A stretch of DNA of 63,580 bases, the filler included, from Bipalium vagum (lineage: Eukaryota), in NCBI GenBank assembly GCA_037834085.1. It is 3 parts of 3 records of this genome, joined end to end, with 100 filler letters (N's around TTAATTAATTAA, not from the genome) between each part and the next. Parts side by side here need not be neighbours in the genome. Positions count along the whole stretch, not along the records: positions 26,762 to 47,801 come from JBBMKC010242720.1; positions 47,902 to 63,580 come from JBBMKC010152348.1; 1 more part is not named here. One strand, written 5' to 3'. Positions within the stretch are counted from its first letter, which is position 1. Each line of letters opens with the position of its first letter. Position numbers and translations under genes: made by a program. Shown in pieces: positions 36,076 through 49,067 of the stretch. Below the pieces are notes generated by a model that was given only the letters and a program-made list of their open reading frames with translations, was not told the origin of the DNA and ran no database searches.

Positions 36076-37249
36076 TATATAATGTATTTTTATAATTATA
36101 ATGTAACAGTCTAGGTCTCAAGCTAAACTGTTACAAGGGCGCTTACTACTGGGCTCACCAACTCCCTCGAAAGAAGTGTAAATAATAGAAAACTCACGAA
36201 TAAACAAAACGATTAACAAAATAAGGTATATTTGTTATCACAAATGCAAGGTTAGAAAGCTATTCAATCAAATAAACAATATTCAAAATACAAACGATTA
36301 ATTAATACAATGTCTTCTTGACTTTACGATAGTCGAAGAAGTCCTGATAACAAATATGCGTATTCTGTCGCCTAGAGCGAAGCATAATCGAATTAGCGAG
36401 AGAACAATAAAAAAGAATAAAGGAAATATTAAAAAGTTTGTGAGAGAAGAATTTCCTTCTATCACTAAATAAATGTTAATTAATTATTTAAGTTAACTCT
36501 ATCGGTTAAATACTTTTGGAATTAATACAAATTCCTTATCTATTATTACTACTGACGTCTTAAAACTATCTTTAATCTGAATAGTAATAATCGTATACTC
36601 AGATTGATTAAGGGCTTTTTGAATTTGAAAACCAGAAGATTATATACTCCGGTTTTCCACATTGTAGAGCCTCTCATTGGCTCTATACTAACTTACTAAA
36701 TATAAATTTATGTGAGTGCGGTTTCTATTTTAATTAAGTTTTCTTACTAATAATAGAATTCGTGTAGGTGGTTACTATTTTAAGTAAGTTCTTATACTAT
36801 AGAACTTACTATATTTAGTAACCCTATTTCCAAAACATTTATTTATGATAAGTTGTTTAATTTCTATAATAATAATGATTAATCATGTGGGTTAATATTT
36901 TAATTAATATCTAACTCCACTTTTAATTAATTTTTAAAATTATGATTATTTATAATTTTTTTACTTAAATATATAATGATATATTTTAATTATTTAAATA
37001 TTATTTTTACAATATAAAATACAAAATCACATCCTTTATTCGGAGATATAAAAATAAAGATAATAGGCCTTAAGAAGCCTTTTCATGCATATCAATATAA
37101 AATGTAAATTCAAATGTCAAGTATCAAATCAGAAAACAGAAAACGAGTAATAATCTGAAGGAGAAACACCAGATAATATAAATAAGAATTTGATCATACC
37201 TGTAAGCCTGGACAAGTGTTTTTAAAAATATACTTGTTTTATTTATTCG

Positions 37250-37510
37250 GTGGACCGAAAAATTTGAATAGTTTTATTTTAAATCACAGTTATAACCACC
37301 TTTTGCCACCCTTTATGCAAATTTAAAACCCGGGTCGATAAAAATCAATTAGCTTGATACCGAAATATTTTAATAGGGCATTTTGAATATCTTCTAAAGT
37401 TTAAAATTTCCCACATAGAAATGGTTGCAGCGATAGGAATAAACGGAAATACGATGATGCAAGTATAGTCGATGAAGTAGAGTCTCTAACCACAATCCAT
37501 TCATTTTGTC
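37250..37510 (-). mobile_element. mariner 3' fragment
   Basis: Minus strand reads I.PIAATISMWEILNF...FGIKLIDF.RP, similar to the mariner YSPD..P.DY.LF region and C-terminus. Confidence 0.5.
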
Positions 37511-37741
37511 TAGAATTCGTGTTGCACAAAGCGATCTTGCATTGTCGCATTGCAGAATAACTTGTTTTCTGTTGACAATAGCTGGGTATTTTTCAGTAAA
37601 GATTGATTTTCTCTATTCAGTTGTTCGCAGTAAAGGTCTAAGAAGAGTAAAAACGACGACTGGATATGTATTTATCAATATATCTATCCGTCCTACAATG
37701 ATAAATATAATAATAAATTAATATAAATAAAAAAATAATTA

Positions 37742-37905
37742 TGTAACACCGTCGATACAATGATTTACATTATTATAATTTTAATAAAAGTAATTTTATC
37801 TCGCGGTCGAGATACAATCAGAATTAATGAGCTATTAGTGGAAATAGCCGTCTAAAAGTAGAGATTGGCGGTCGTAGATCAATCTCTAAGACTATATTAA
37901 TCTTT
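37742..37905 (+). repeat. LTR-like fragment related to 32515-33510
   Basis: Starts TGTAACACC; GTAGATCAATCTCTAAGACTATAT matches the reverse complement of 33208-33232. Confidence 0.5.
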
Positions 37906-39329
37906 TTCAATTATTAAAAAGGGAGTATTATTTATAATTAAGGTTTTACTTACAATTGTTGAAGTTATTGATTGTGTTAATTGTTGTTCAAATATATTTA
38001 AAATTATAGAAAGTGAAATTTCAATTGATTTTTTAGTTTAATCTATTAAAAATTTTTCATTCATTACATTCTGAGTTTTATTTTCTAGTTTATCTAAAAC
38101 TGGTTTAAGAAATAAAGTTAAATCTTGTATTCTATTTTTTAATTTCCATCGATCCATTATCTTATTATTATATTCTTCTTCTACTGCTATTAGTTTTTGT
38201 AATATTTCAATTTCTTTTTTTCTACCAGTTACATTTTTTTGGATTTATTTTTGTTTTAAAAAACAATTAAAATTTAATGTTAATACATTTTATATATACA
38301 TATAGTATTATATTTCTAAAAATCATAAATATCTTGACTTATTTCAATATTTTTAAATTCAAGATAAATAAATTTAAAATTTGATGAAAATTAAATATCT
38401 AGTTATTATATATTTCTCTCATTCAAATTTTAAATGTAAATATTTGTCCCCACTTCAATTATTTTTAGAAAATACAAAATTGTTATTTTGTTTTATTAAA
38501 AAATGAATAATCAATACTATTTTCTAGAATATTATCAGAATAATCCACACCAATATTCAGAATGGAATAATGTCATAATAGTAAAAAATATTAAGTATAG
38601 AAGTTTTGGATGAATTAAGCAATAAATTGATAGTTCAATCAACCTCGGTTTCATAAAAACTATATGAATGAATCTGAAAAATATCAATTTTATAAAGATG
38701 ATGAATAAACATTGTTAATATCAATTGGTTTGCAATCAGAAATCGAAGACATTTTGAATATATTTTATTAAGTGATATAACAAGTAATATTTAAACAAAT
38801 TATCTCAAACCTGGTAATTTCTTTTCTTTTTATTAAATTTTAAAAACAAGTTTTATTTTTAAAATTTTAATCCTACTTTTTAAATATTTTAAAATAATTA
38901 AAATATTTAAAATAAATAAGTAAAAAATTCCCAGGTCTGATAAACATCCTCATAAACATCAAAGCAGTCTAATTATTGTAGAAATATATACGTTAAGTAC
39001 GGGACCTAGTAGAATATCTCTTAAGTGCCATCATCTCTTATATGCTGGTCTCTTACATCTGGGTTTGACTGTACTTGAATTTTCTAAAGGCGCGCAATTT
39101 TTTAAATATAACTTTGTTCCTGTAGAAGTAATATTTCTCCTAGTGGTTTCAGAAATAAATATATCATGTAACGAGCTAAGTTTTTTCGTTTTTTCAGTTG
39201 TTTAAATTTGTTAGCTCTTGGGATTTTCATTTATCTACCGATTTAAATTTTCTTTGTTCTAGTTTGCTGCCTAAACATGTGAGTTTCAATCTTTCTGTAT
39301 AATTAATGTAATTAACCATTATCCTCTGG

Positions 39330-40285
39330 AATAGGTGCTCCAAAAGTTCGCTGGACAAATCTGAAATTCGAGAAATTATTTATTACGAATGGAAGAATAA
39401 CACAAGCACAAATGAAACTGTCTCAAAACCTAACGAGATGCTAACGAACAGTGCAAAATTGGTTAAAAATATTCAATAATGGCGATTTTTCATTGGAAGA
39501 CAAAGAGAGGTCTGGAAGACCAAAAAGAGTTGAATCATTATCAAATTATGGACCTTCTTGAACAAAACAGATTAATTAGTACTAAACAAATCGCTTCTCA
39601 GTTAAATATAAGCGATACAGGCATAAGAAACCGACTGAAAGCGTTAGGATTCACTTGTAAACTCGACAAATAGATTCCCTACCAACTAGCTGAAAAAAAC
39701 AAGTTGAATCGTATTGAAATTTGTTCCGGAATTCTCGAAAGAAACCAAAATAATCCTTTTCTCGACCGGATAGTCACTTGCGATGAAAAGTGGATCTATC
39801 ATGAAAATATAACCAGACGAAACCTTACACGAAACAAGTTCTTTTATGCATTTGGTAGGATTCTCGTGGAATTATTTTTCAGGAGTTTCTCAAATCCTGG
39901 GAAACCATTAATTTTGATGTCTATTGTGACATACTAAGAAAATCTCATGCAGTTATGAAGGAAAACCGGAGCAGTTTGATAAGCCGAAAACAAGTGATTT
40001 TCCACCAAGATAATGCCAGGCTTCACAAATCAATGAAGATATTGAAGGTTACTCAGGAAGTGAACTGGACTCTAATGAAACATCCGCATTTTAGTCCCCA
40101 TATCCCCCCATCCGATTTTTATTTGTTCCGGGTATTACAGAATCACTCGATGGGTAAAAATTTTAAGAGTTCCTTCTTTTTTTCTTCATTCAAAAGATCG
40201 AGATTTCTTTAATACTGGGATCAATAAACTTCTGAATAGATGGGAGGCAGTAATAGAAAAAAATTTGGAATATCTGGATGATTTA
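39330..40285 (+). mobile_element. mariner transposase pseudogene
   Basis: KLDK*IPYQL, FLDRIVTCDEKWIY, IFHQDNARLH, HPHFSPHIPPSDFYLFR (DD34D-type). Confidence 0.92.
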
Positions 40286-40363
40286 TTATTTTAAAATGTT
40301 TTATGATTAATAAATTAAATTTAACTTCAGTCTTAGTTTAGTTTTTAATAAAAACTTAGTTCG

Positions 40364-40695
40364 TTACCTGATATTTAAAGCTCCAAAAATTGCAGTACCA
40401 ATAGGAATATAAAATACTAGTCCCATTCCTAAAATTGATACTCTTATTACCATTGCTGATCCAATTCCAACAATTTCAGTAATACAATTACTTCCTAATT
40501 TTAAAAAAGAATCAATTTCTGTATATTTATATTTTAATTTTTTATGATGGGATAATAAAATTTCTAAAACTTTTTCATTCATTTAACTTTTTATTTTTCT
40601 AGTTGATCAATTAAAGGATTAGAAAATCGTTCTTCACCTTTGTAAATAAGTTTATTCTCTTTTAAAGTTGGATAAATATGTAGGTTTTTGTTCAT
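40364..40695 (-). pseudogene. Decayed ORF resembling a Polinton/Maverick-associated small membrane-type protein
   Basis: MNKNLHIYPTL... then, after a break, a basic helix HHKKLKYKY followed by a Gly-rich hydrophobic tract IVGIGSAMV..SILGMGLVFYIPIGTAIFG. Confidence 0.35.
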
Positions 40696-41029
40696 CCTAG
40701 TATTCAAATTTTTCTTTTACTTTTTTTAATATAAATTTTGAGCAATTTTTAATATTTTTCATCATAGAATATATATAATATAATTTTATATTAGAATATA
40801 ATTTTTATTTGTTTTCCCTCTCATTTCTTTTTGTTTGTTACAATTTTCATAGCCACTATCTGATAAATTGCTGAGGACCTTTGTGCATTAAACTAAGTTT
40901 GTACCAAAAGATTATCTTCAATTTTACTAATCCCATAAATTAAAATTTTTAAAATACAAATTTACAATAAAATTTTGTAAACATTTGTGTTAGTTATTAT
41001 CTTGTGTTTTCGTTTTCTAATTGACAGTT

Positions 41030-41560
41030 GAGCTGCTGTTCACGTTTTACATTGTGAAAAGTACAAGTTTACATCTAGCTTTGAACGTACACTCCATAAA
41101 TCCTTCTAATTACAATAAACCTTGTTAAGTTTCCTAAGTCCAATCTCGATATTTTTAAACCAATCTTTTTTACTAATTTTTTGGAACTTTACATCTCTCT
41201 TAGAATAATCCTCCTCTAGTTAATGATGAAAACCTTGAAAATGATGGCGATTATTCAAAACAGTTCGTATGATTCTATAGACTGACAAATATGGAATATC
41301 TAACAAATTTCCAGCCTCATGACCGATAAATGAGGTTCTTGCTCAAAGGATTTAGTAATTATTGGTCATCTTTCATCAGATTTCCTTGATATCATTATTA
41401 ACTGATCCAATCCTCTGAAATTTCATCACCATCTCACGCATAGCTTTATCTGTCGCCCTATTTTTAAGATTTTTTTTCAAAATCTATTTTTATTTGTTCG
41501 CATTTCACTTCTTTTATTCATAATGCAGTTACCAATACTCGTTCTTTCGTGTTCATTTTC
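41030..41560 (-). mobile_element. Tc1/mariner-like transposase N-terminal remnant
   Basis: MNTKERVLV...IKIDFEKK...MREMVMKFQRIGSV HTH-like pattern with disablements. Confidence 0.5.
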
Positions 41561-41799
41561 AATAAATGGATCTAAAACTAAAACAATCAATAAAGATATT
41601 TAAATTTTTAATTAATAATATATTGTTTCGAAATATTTTTCGCGCTATTTATTTTATTATTGCATATACTTTAAATAAAGTATATATAGTGATTTAAGGT
41701 ATGATGGTAGATAGTGACTTTTAAAACACTACTGAAAACAAAACTTGTTTTTCAAAATTTTAAAAACTTTTTAAAATAGATAGTAACTTGAAACGTCCT

Positions 41800-42120
41800 G
41801 CATTTAAGATTGTGAACAAAACTCTTGAATCGGGAGGACTGCGATGGGTCGACTCAATCGGTGTTTGCACTGATTATGTACTTTCAATACAAGGTCAAAG
41901 AAAATGATTTTTGATGCATGTTCTCAGTTTCAATTCAAGTGCTAAAATTGTACACTGCATGATTCTTACTGAAGTTTAGATTTCAAAGGCCTTGCCAAAA
42001 TCTTGCTAAGACTGTAAATGAAGCTATCGTAGTCGTTAATTACATGAAGTCAATGACAACTACATTCCATAATTTTACTAATCTTTACAAGGAAGTGGAT
42101 TCGGATCAGACATCTTTTAT
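41800..42120 (+). mobile_element. hAT (Charlie/Buster-like) transposase fragment
   Basis: IGVCTD and VHCMIL motifs, plus AIVVVNYMKS. Confidence 0.65.
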
Positions 42121-44254
42121 TAAACAATATTAATATTAAATAATTGTTTGTGAATATAATTTTATTATATGACATATGTGTAAAATATTCTGGAAAATAT
42201 ATTATTATTATTATTATTATTTATAAAGAACAAAAATTATCATGTTTCAAATTTCGTTGATGTCAACAATAAATATTTATTTTGATTTAAAAAAAATAAT
42301 AATAAATTCTGTTATTATTTTATAAAGACGAAGAGAAAAAAAAATCAAATCATTTCGGTTGATCTTCTTAATTTTTTTTATTATTCAATTTTAAAAATTG
42401 AATTGCAAATTAAATTACTTTTCACAGGTTCATTGAAAACAAGGGTCTCATGTGTCAAGTTTGAAAATTGTAATTTGTGTTTAAATCAATAATTATTGTC
42501 ATTATTTGGTTTGCCTGCAACTTGTTCGGACTGTCCACATGAAAAAACGCGGTATCGTTCCTAGTCAAATCAAATACCGAATTTGTACTCCCATTAAATT
42601 AGGGATCAATTAAACTGATAAAGTAGCTACTATTGACATAGTCGTCCTCAAATATACATAGGCAAAATTGCAACAGTAGCTCATGTCTCATGAGCAGTCG
42701 ATAGTGCGTGTTTATTTGGTAATAAATAAATATATACTTCTTGTTACAGAGCTAGGGTAATTGAGTAGCAATCAATGCAAATAATATAAACATATATATA
42801 TCTGCTTCCCGATAATAAAACAGTAGAGGGAATAAAAATTACTGAATATATGACTCTTATCATAGGCGGCGAGGGCTGCTATCAGCCTGGCAATCAAGTT
42901 GGCCAGCAGAGTAATTACTGAATCAATTAACGATAAACCTTAAACATGGACTCAACTTTTTGTGTGGACATGGGAGCAAATAAACAGCGAACACAGTAGG
43001 AGTTACGGGCTCATTACATGAAAGAGAGACCCCACCTGCGCATATGGTCCGGATCTTTTATCAGACAATCTTTCTGTCACGATGTGCTATTATATAATTA
43101 AATAGAACATATAATATTTTTGATTCTCCAATGAATTTCTTGAATTTATTTCAACGATTTCTTCAAATTTCATGATTATTAATTTTAATAATTTCTAATT
43201 ATTAATATTTCAAAGTAACTTGAACAAATTATTATTGAACTCTTAATATAAAATATTTTCAAAATAATGAAAGTGTGAAAATCAAGATTACCAAGATCAA
43301 CAATTGAACATTTTGTTGGAATTAAAACAAATTGTATATTAATTATGATGAAAAAGAAATAAAATTCAAACAAAGATTGAGAATTATTAAAAAATTATTT
43401 ATATTATTTATATATCTTGACTGATACAACTAAGATTCATTAAAATTCTGTTCAATGAAAGAATAATTTCAATCTGATATAAAAGACAATATTTCCATAT
43501 TGTGGTATGACAGAAACAAGACAATTTTAATTTCTGATTTTTAAATTTAAAAAATTAAAAAAAGAGAGATTTTTCAATTATGATAGTAAAGTTGTTTTTA
43601 AAATGATTTTTAAAAATTCAAACAAATAAATATATATATTATTTTTCCATAAATATAAATCACTGGCTTTACTAGATCACAAGAGAACTTGTTTTATTGA
43701 AAAGACAGAGAACAGAGATATAGTTGAATAGGTTTATGGTTAAAGAAATATGATAACATTAATTATTTATTTTAATTATTTCTATACTTTGATTTTGATA
43801 TTGCTTCACATAAAAAGAGAAAAAGAGAAAACTAAAGTACTTTCCCGAAGTATACAAATGGTACTATTAGGTGGCGAAAGGTGTTAAGACTCACATCTCA
43901 CCCCCTACCGGAAGCACTGTCAATACGAATTGAATGAAAAAAAACAACAATAAATTTACTAATTTTTGTAAGTGTAAATATAGGTAAACAATCCTAGGAT
44001 TATTAAATAATAAATTAAACCTTAATTTATCTTGTTACGATTACTTCTATCAGGCGACAAAGCAAAGATCCATTGATTTTGGAATTGAAATGTATTATCA
44101 TAAACGAATATAATAAGGACTGAAGGAAGAGGTACATGGTAGTTTTAAATGATATAAAATATTTTAAAAATTAACATGCTTATTAGGCTTGTCCAGAAAC
44201 TTTTTGAACGAACCGTGTATATTTATTTATTTATTAATGAAGAAATAAATAATT

Positions 44255-44800
44255 TTCTTCGTATCATGGGTTGATCCGGGTCAGGATTCAAAACAGACAG
44301 TAAGGCAAAATCATTTTGGAAAAAAAGCAATGCTCTGCGTTTGGTTGGATCAAAAGGGTATGGTATATCATGAGCTTCTTAAACCAGGTGAAAATATTAA
44401 TTCTTCTCGGTATGAAAAACAAATAATGGACCTGAACCAATCTTTGATTACCAAACGTTCAGAATGGGCAAAAAGACATCGTAAAGTAATTGTGCTCCAT
44501 GACAACGCGTCGTCACATACATCAAAAGGAGTCAAAAGTGTCTTAAAAGATCTATCCTGGGAAGTACTGACCCACCCACCATATTCACCGGATCTTGCTC
44601 CTTCGGATTTCCATTTGTTCCGGTCGATGGCGTATGAAGATGTCCAAAAATGGGTCTCCGAATGGAGAAGAAGTTTTATGGGATGACATCCACAAATTGG
44701 ATGGAAATTTTTTTGAATAAAATATTTTTATGTATCATTTGAAATTTTCGTTTTTTGTTTGTTCCAAAAATCTGCATTTTTTTCCGGTACACCTCAGTAA
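44255..44800 (+). mobile_element. mariner 3' half
   Basis: MLCVWLDQKGMVYHELLKPGE, VLHDNASSH, HPPYSPDLAPSDFHLFRSM; TIR remnant TTTTCCGGTACACCTCAG|TA. Confidence 0.92.
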
Positions 44801-44949
44801 AGTACATAGATTGGGAAACAATATACCTCCCATTTTAATCGTCGTATTTACCTCCTTCGGATTTTCGGATTGGTGGTTGAAGGTCAATTCTTTGTATATA
44901 TCATATGGATCAGCTCAATCCCTTTTTAAAAATCCTATTGAAATGTGCG

Positions 44950-45620
44950 AAGAACATAGAATGTAAAGAGCAGACAACGCGATTCAGTTTATCAATAGAT
45001 TTGATGATGACTAAGAGGATTTTTACGGCAGACTAGTAACTGCTGATGAGTCGTACGTTTACCAATAAAATTCGAAAAGTAAAATTCAGTTTAAACTGTT
45101 TTTCAAAAGGATCAAGTGGCAAAGCTTAATAGTCAATAAAGAAGGTTATGGCCACTATTTTTGGGATTCTGAAGGTGTAATACTGGTAGACTTTCTTGAG
45201 GGTCAGTGAACACTTACCAATAGGTACTACAAAAAACTTGTAAAGTAACGCCCAGGAAAAATTCATCGAATTTTGTTTCACCATGACAATGCGTCAGCAC
45301 TTTCGTGCAAGCTTTCCAGGGGTGTACTTCGAGAATATCATTGGGAAATGCTCTGGCATCAACTATACTGCCCTCACTTGGGACTTTCAATGGCATTCAC
45401 TAGGAAACAATATCGAAGGCCAAAAGAGCTGTTTTGAAAAGGTTCAAATCAAAGGATCAAAATATAGAAATGGTTTTGAACACTGGTGACACCGTATAGT
45501 GGAAAAATGTTGGAAAAGTGTTATGAATTAGATGATTCATATGTCGAAAAATATTTTTTTTATAATATATCTTCTTTTGATTATTATGATTTTTCTGGCA
45601 ACTTTGATTCACTCTCGTAT
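44950..45620 (+). mobile_element. mariner fragment (different lineage from the neighbouring copy)
   Basis: LVTADES, KKVMATIFWDSEGVILVDFL, LFHHDNASA. Confidence 0.8.
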
Positions 45621-45889
45621 TATTCTTAACATTATGTGAGACTGAGAAGGATTCTTTATTTAAAGTTTAAGTATTTTTTTCAATTATCACTATTTAAAGT
45701 GTATTTGTAAAGTTAAAAAATGTCAACATCATGAATATGTAGGTGAATTTTACATAGCATTCTATTAAATTGAACCAGCAACATTTAATATTCTTAAGCT
45801 TAATTATATTATAGAAGATGAGAAATGGTGATTTTATATCAATATCAAGTAAATGCTCACATGAGTGAATAAAGGCGACAAAGCTCCAA

Positions 45890-46320
45890 CTTGTACGAGA
45901 CCAGAACAAATGCCTGTGTTTGGTGGGTCATTGAAGGCCTGATCCATAGAGAAATTTTATCGAGAAACGAGACGATCATTGCCGAAAAGTATTATCAACA
46001 ACTCGGACGACTATATGAATTAATGAAAACTAGAATCTTTACAAAGTGATTTTTCACCAGGATAATATATGTTAACACAAAGCTAAGGTGACAAAGAAAA
46101 TGTTCGATGACTATGGATCACCTACCTCATTCATCGCGGCGTCTGATTTTTATCTTTTCCTATATCTCTATAATGATATAAAAGGAACTAGATCTGATGA
46201 CGAAGAAGACTTGGGAGTTTGAATAGGTAGCTGGTCTTCGAAGATAGATCAATTTTTTAAAAAGAAAAGTAAAGAAAAATTACCAGAGCGTGATTGAAAA
46301 TGGTACGGAATACATCACCC
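45890..46320 (+). mobile_element. mariner fragment
   Basis: LCLVG/W..EGLIH.E, ETIIAEKYYQQL, IFHQDN, SDFYLF. Confidence 0.7.
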
Positions 46321-46645
46321 TTTGAAATTTACTTCTGGCATTTTAATGATGAGAAAATGGTAATTGATGTATTATAAATAAATCTTATAATAAATATTCT
46401 AGTTAATTTTACCATTAAAAAATGCATGAACTTATTATTTTGTTTTAATGATATAAATTTTTGAAACGGACTGGACATTTCCAACCATTTATTCTTGTCA
46501 CGCTGTAAGGTTGAAAGTAAGACTGGAAAAGGAATTGACAAATACAATATTATTTTCTATAATATGATTGTATTTAATTACAGTTCTAATAAATCATCGT
46601 TTTCTTTATTAAGAAAAACATGCATTGTGTTTTAATAAAGTGCCA

Positions 46646-47470
46646 TCAATAATCGAAATGATTTTTCAACCAATACTGATTAACGTTGGAATTGGAAAAT
46701 TTGTTGGACTGAGAAATATCCCATGGCTGATAAGTCGAGATTTGGGGTACGTAGTTGCAGTCTTCCACTGATTGATGGGGTAAAATGTTGTAAGGTGAAG
46801 ACATATTGGCGATTCCATTTGGCAGGAGATTGTCATATACACTGTATGGCATTACGAAATCGTTGTTTTGCAATGCTTGCGAACAATTGTTATTGTAATA
46901 CTTTTTGAATGAATCCAGAGATGATGAAAAACTTAGGTGATCGGTTTGACTGGTGCAAACTGAAGAGGAATTCGGATTATCAGTCTGAACGAAAGAAAAG
47001 TCTTGACAAGACTTATTGTAAGCTGAATTTGTTAAATTATATCTTTGAGAGTCTAAGGAAATATGAACTGGGATGAATTCATCTGATTTTTTCAACATTT
47101 CTAACGGATTAGAAATTGGAATCTGGTTTTTTTCGGCAGACAACATTTTAAGGTTCTTTCGAGAGATTTGCGATCTTTTTCGATTCACTGAATATTGTGT
47201 TTTTTGTGATCGCTTTCTGTAACTTGGATCATCTGGATTTTTGTACTCACTTTCACAAGTCACCGATAAAGACTTGCTGTAGTTGTCTATTTCTTTCAGC
47301 TTGCAATTGTTTTGCAACAGAATTGATGGATCGCAAATGAATTTGTACATGTATCGTTCTCCAGCCACTTTCTGCATGATACCCTTTTCATAATAATATC
47401 GCAATGAACGGCTCAGTTTATCATAATTCATTGCTGGTCTGTTTTTCTGTAAACCCCACAATTTTGCCAC
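46646..47470 (-). CDS. PEA3-subfamily (ETV1/4/5-like) ETS transcription factor, last coding exon
   Basis: TCCAG acceptor, then [48 protein letters not shown], diagnostic of PEA3-group ETS domains. The first half of the domain is not present in the window. Confidence 0.93.
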   Translation of the reverse strand: MAKLWGLQKNRPAMNYDKLSRSLRYYYEKGIMQKVAGERYMYKFICDPSILLQNNCKLKEIDNYSKSLSVTCESEYKNPDDPSYRKRSQKTQYSVNRKRSQISRKNLKMLSAEKNQIPISNPLEMLKKSDEFIPVHISLDSQRYNLTNSAYNKSCQDFSFVQTDNPNSSSVCTSQTDHLSFSSSLDSFKKYYNNNCSQALQNNDFVMPYSVYDNLLPNGIANMSSPYNILPHQSVEDCNYVPQISTYQPWDISQSNKFSNSNVNQYWLKNHFDY

Positions 47471-47753
47471 CTGGACAGAAATATGAATAATTTAATATTT
47501 ATTTTTAAGAAAATTTTAAAGAAACATTTGTTTGGTCAAGTAAAATAAGTTCATTAGCTTTTACAAAAATAATAAAGATCAAATATAAATAAATAATAAA
47601 GAAAAATTATGTAAATAAGACAAAAATATAAAGCACGATAAATATAAATAATAATATATAATATAAATAATAATATAATATAAATAATAATTACATTATT
47701 TGATATGTATAACACTATTTAAATCTCATTTAATAAAGTTTTAAGAATTAAGA

Positions 47754-47801
<48 letters not shown>

Positions 47802-47901
47802 NNNNNNNNNNNNNNNNNNNNNNNNNNNNNNNNNNNNNNNNNNNNTTAATTAATTAANNNNNNNNNNNNNNNNNNNNNNNNNNNNNNNNNNNNNNNNNNN
47901 N
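47802..47901. other. Assembly linker/gap (44 N + TTAATTAATTAA + 44 N)
   Basis: Identical 100-nt structure to 26662-26761; flanked by (AAT)n on both sides. Confidence 0.97.
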
Positions 47902-47973
<72 letters not shown>

Positions 47974-49067
47974 GAAATACAATTAAAGCAGAGTTTGCTG
48001 TTCAATTCAAAAAATGACATTTTGCAAATTTAACATTATTCTGATTTTGCTTTTTTTCATAATATTTTGCAGTCAATTATGGAAAATTATTTTCATTTTA
48101 AATTGATTTCCCACTGTCTCGACTCTCAACAATAATTATTAATAAATAGTAAGAGGGTTATAATAATAAAAATTTATTTATCAAATCTAGTCTTTTAAAT
48201 ATTTTAAAAATAATATATTTAAAATGACTTAAGTTAGTTATTAAAATTGAAATTTTCTTTCAACACCCGAAACTGATGATAAGAATACAATAAAAAAAAT
48301 TAATAAATTTTTCCCGTAAAACATTTTGAATTTTCGAACTGAATAACTTTTGGTTATTTTTGATATTTTCTATTTTAATATTCTAAATAAAAAGTGCTAA
48401 TCTAATAATTTAATTAATAAGCGACTTATAATTTACAATTCTCTATTTTTACGCAATGAGATATATTCGTTTTTAAATGTAATCATAACAATTGATGAAA
48501 ATTGGTTCTCTATAATAACTAATATCCAGTACAATGGATAAATGTCGATTAATCGCGGTTCACTCGTCCAAAACCTGATCTTCACAAAAAATCTGAACAA
48601 GAGATAGAAAGTCTGCACATCCACCGCATTTCCCATGGTGGAACCAATGGATTACGATGTTTTTAATGATCAACAATTAATAATCAACCAACCATGAAAA
48701 TCTTTGCAAATTAAGAAGGTATTGAAACGGGTATGTCTTTTTGTTTTCGTTTAAGCTTCCAGAACTATTAACTGAGCCTTTACAGTTGCTCAGAGATAAC
48801 CCTCTGGCGGTGAAGAATATTATATTATTAGCATAATCCAATTTACTTGAATTCTTCTTCAAAAAACGTTGAAAGCTCTGGAACGATATCGATAAGCAAT
48901 CTCCTTCACTAACTTCAGCGATAAATAATCTTCTTCGTAATACGAACAATATTCTTTCTTGTACACTGTTCTTGGGAGTTGAAATTGTGAGGAAATGCTT
49001 CTCTTTATATACTGATTCTAACTAATCAGTTTGGAGATGATCACCTTTCAAATTCCAAAAATTGCTC

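Noticed and set aside
36664-36690. TAGAGCC...GGCTCTA inverted repeat
   Set aside because: A single 7-bp stem with no supporting context; expected by chance.
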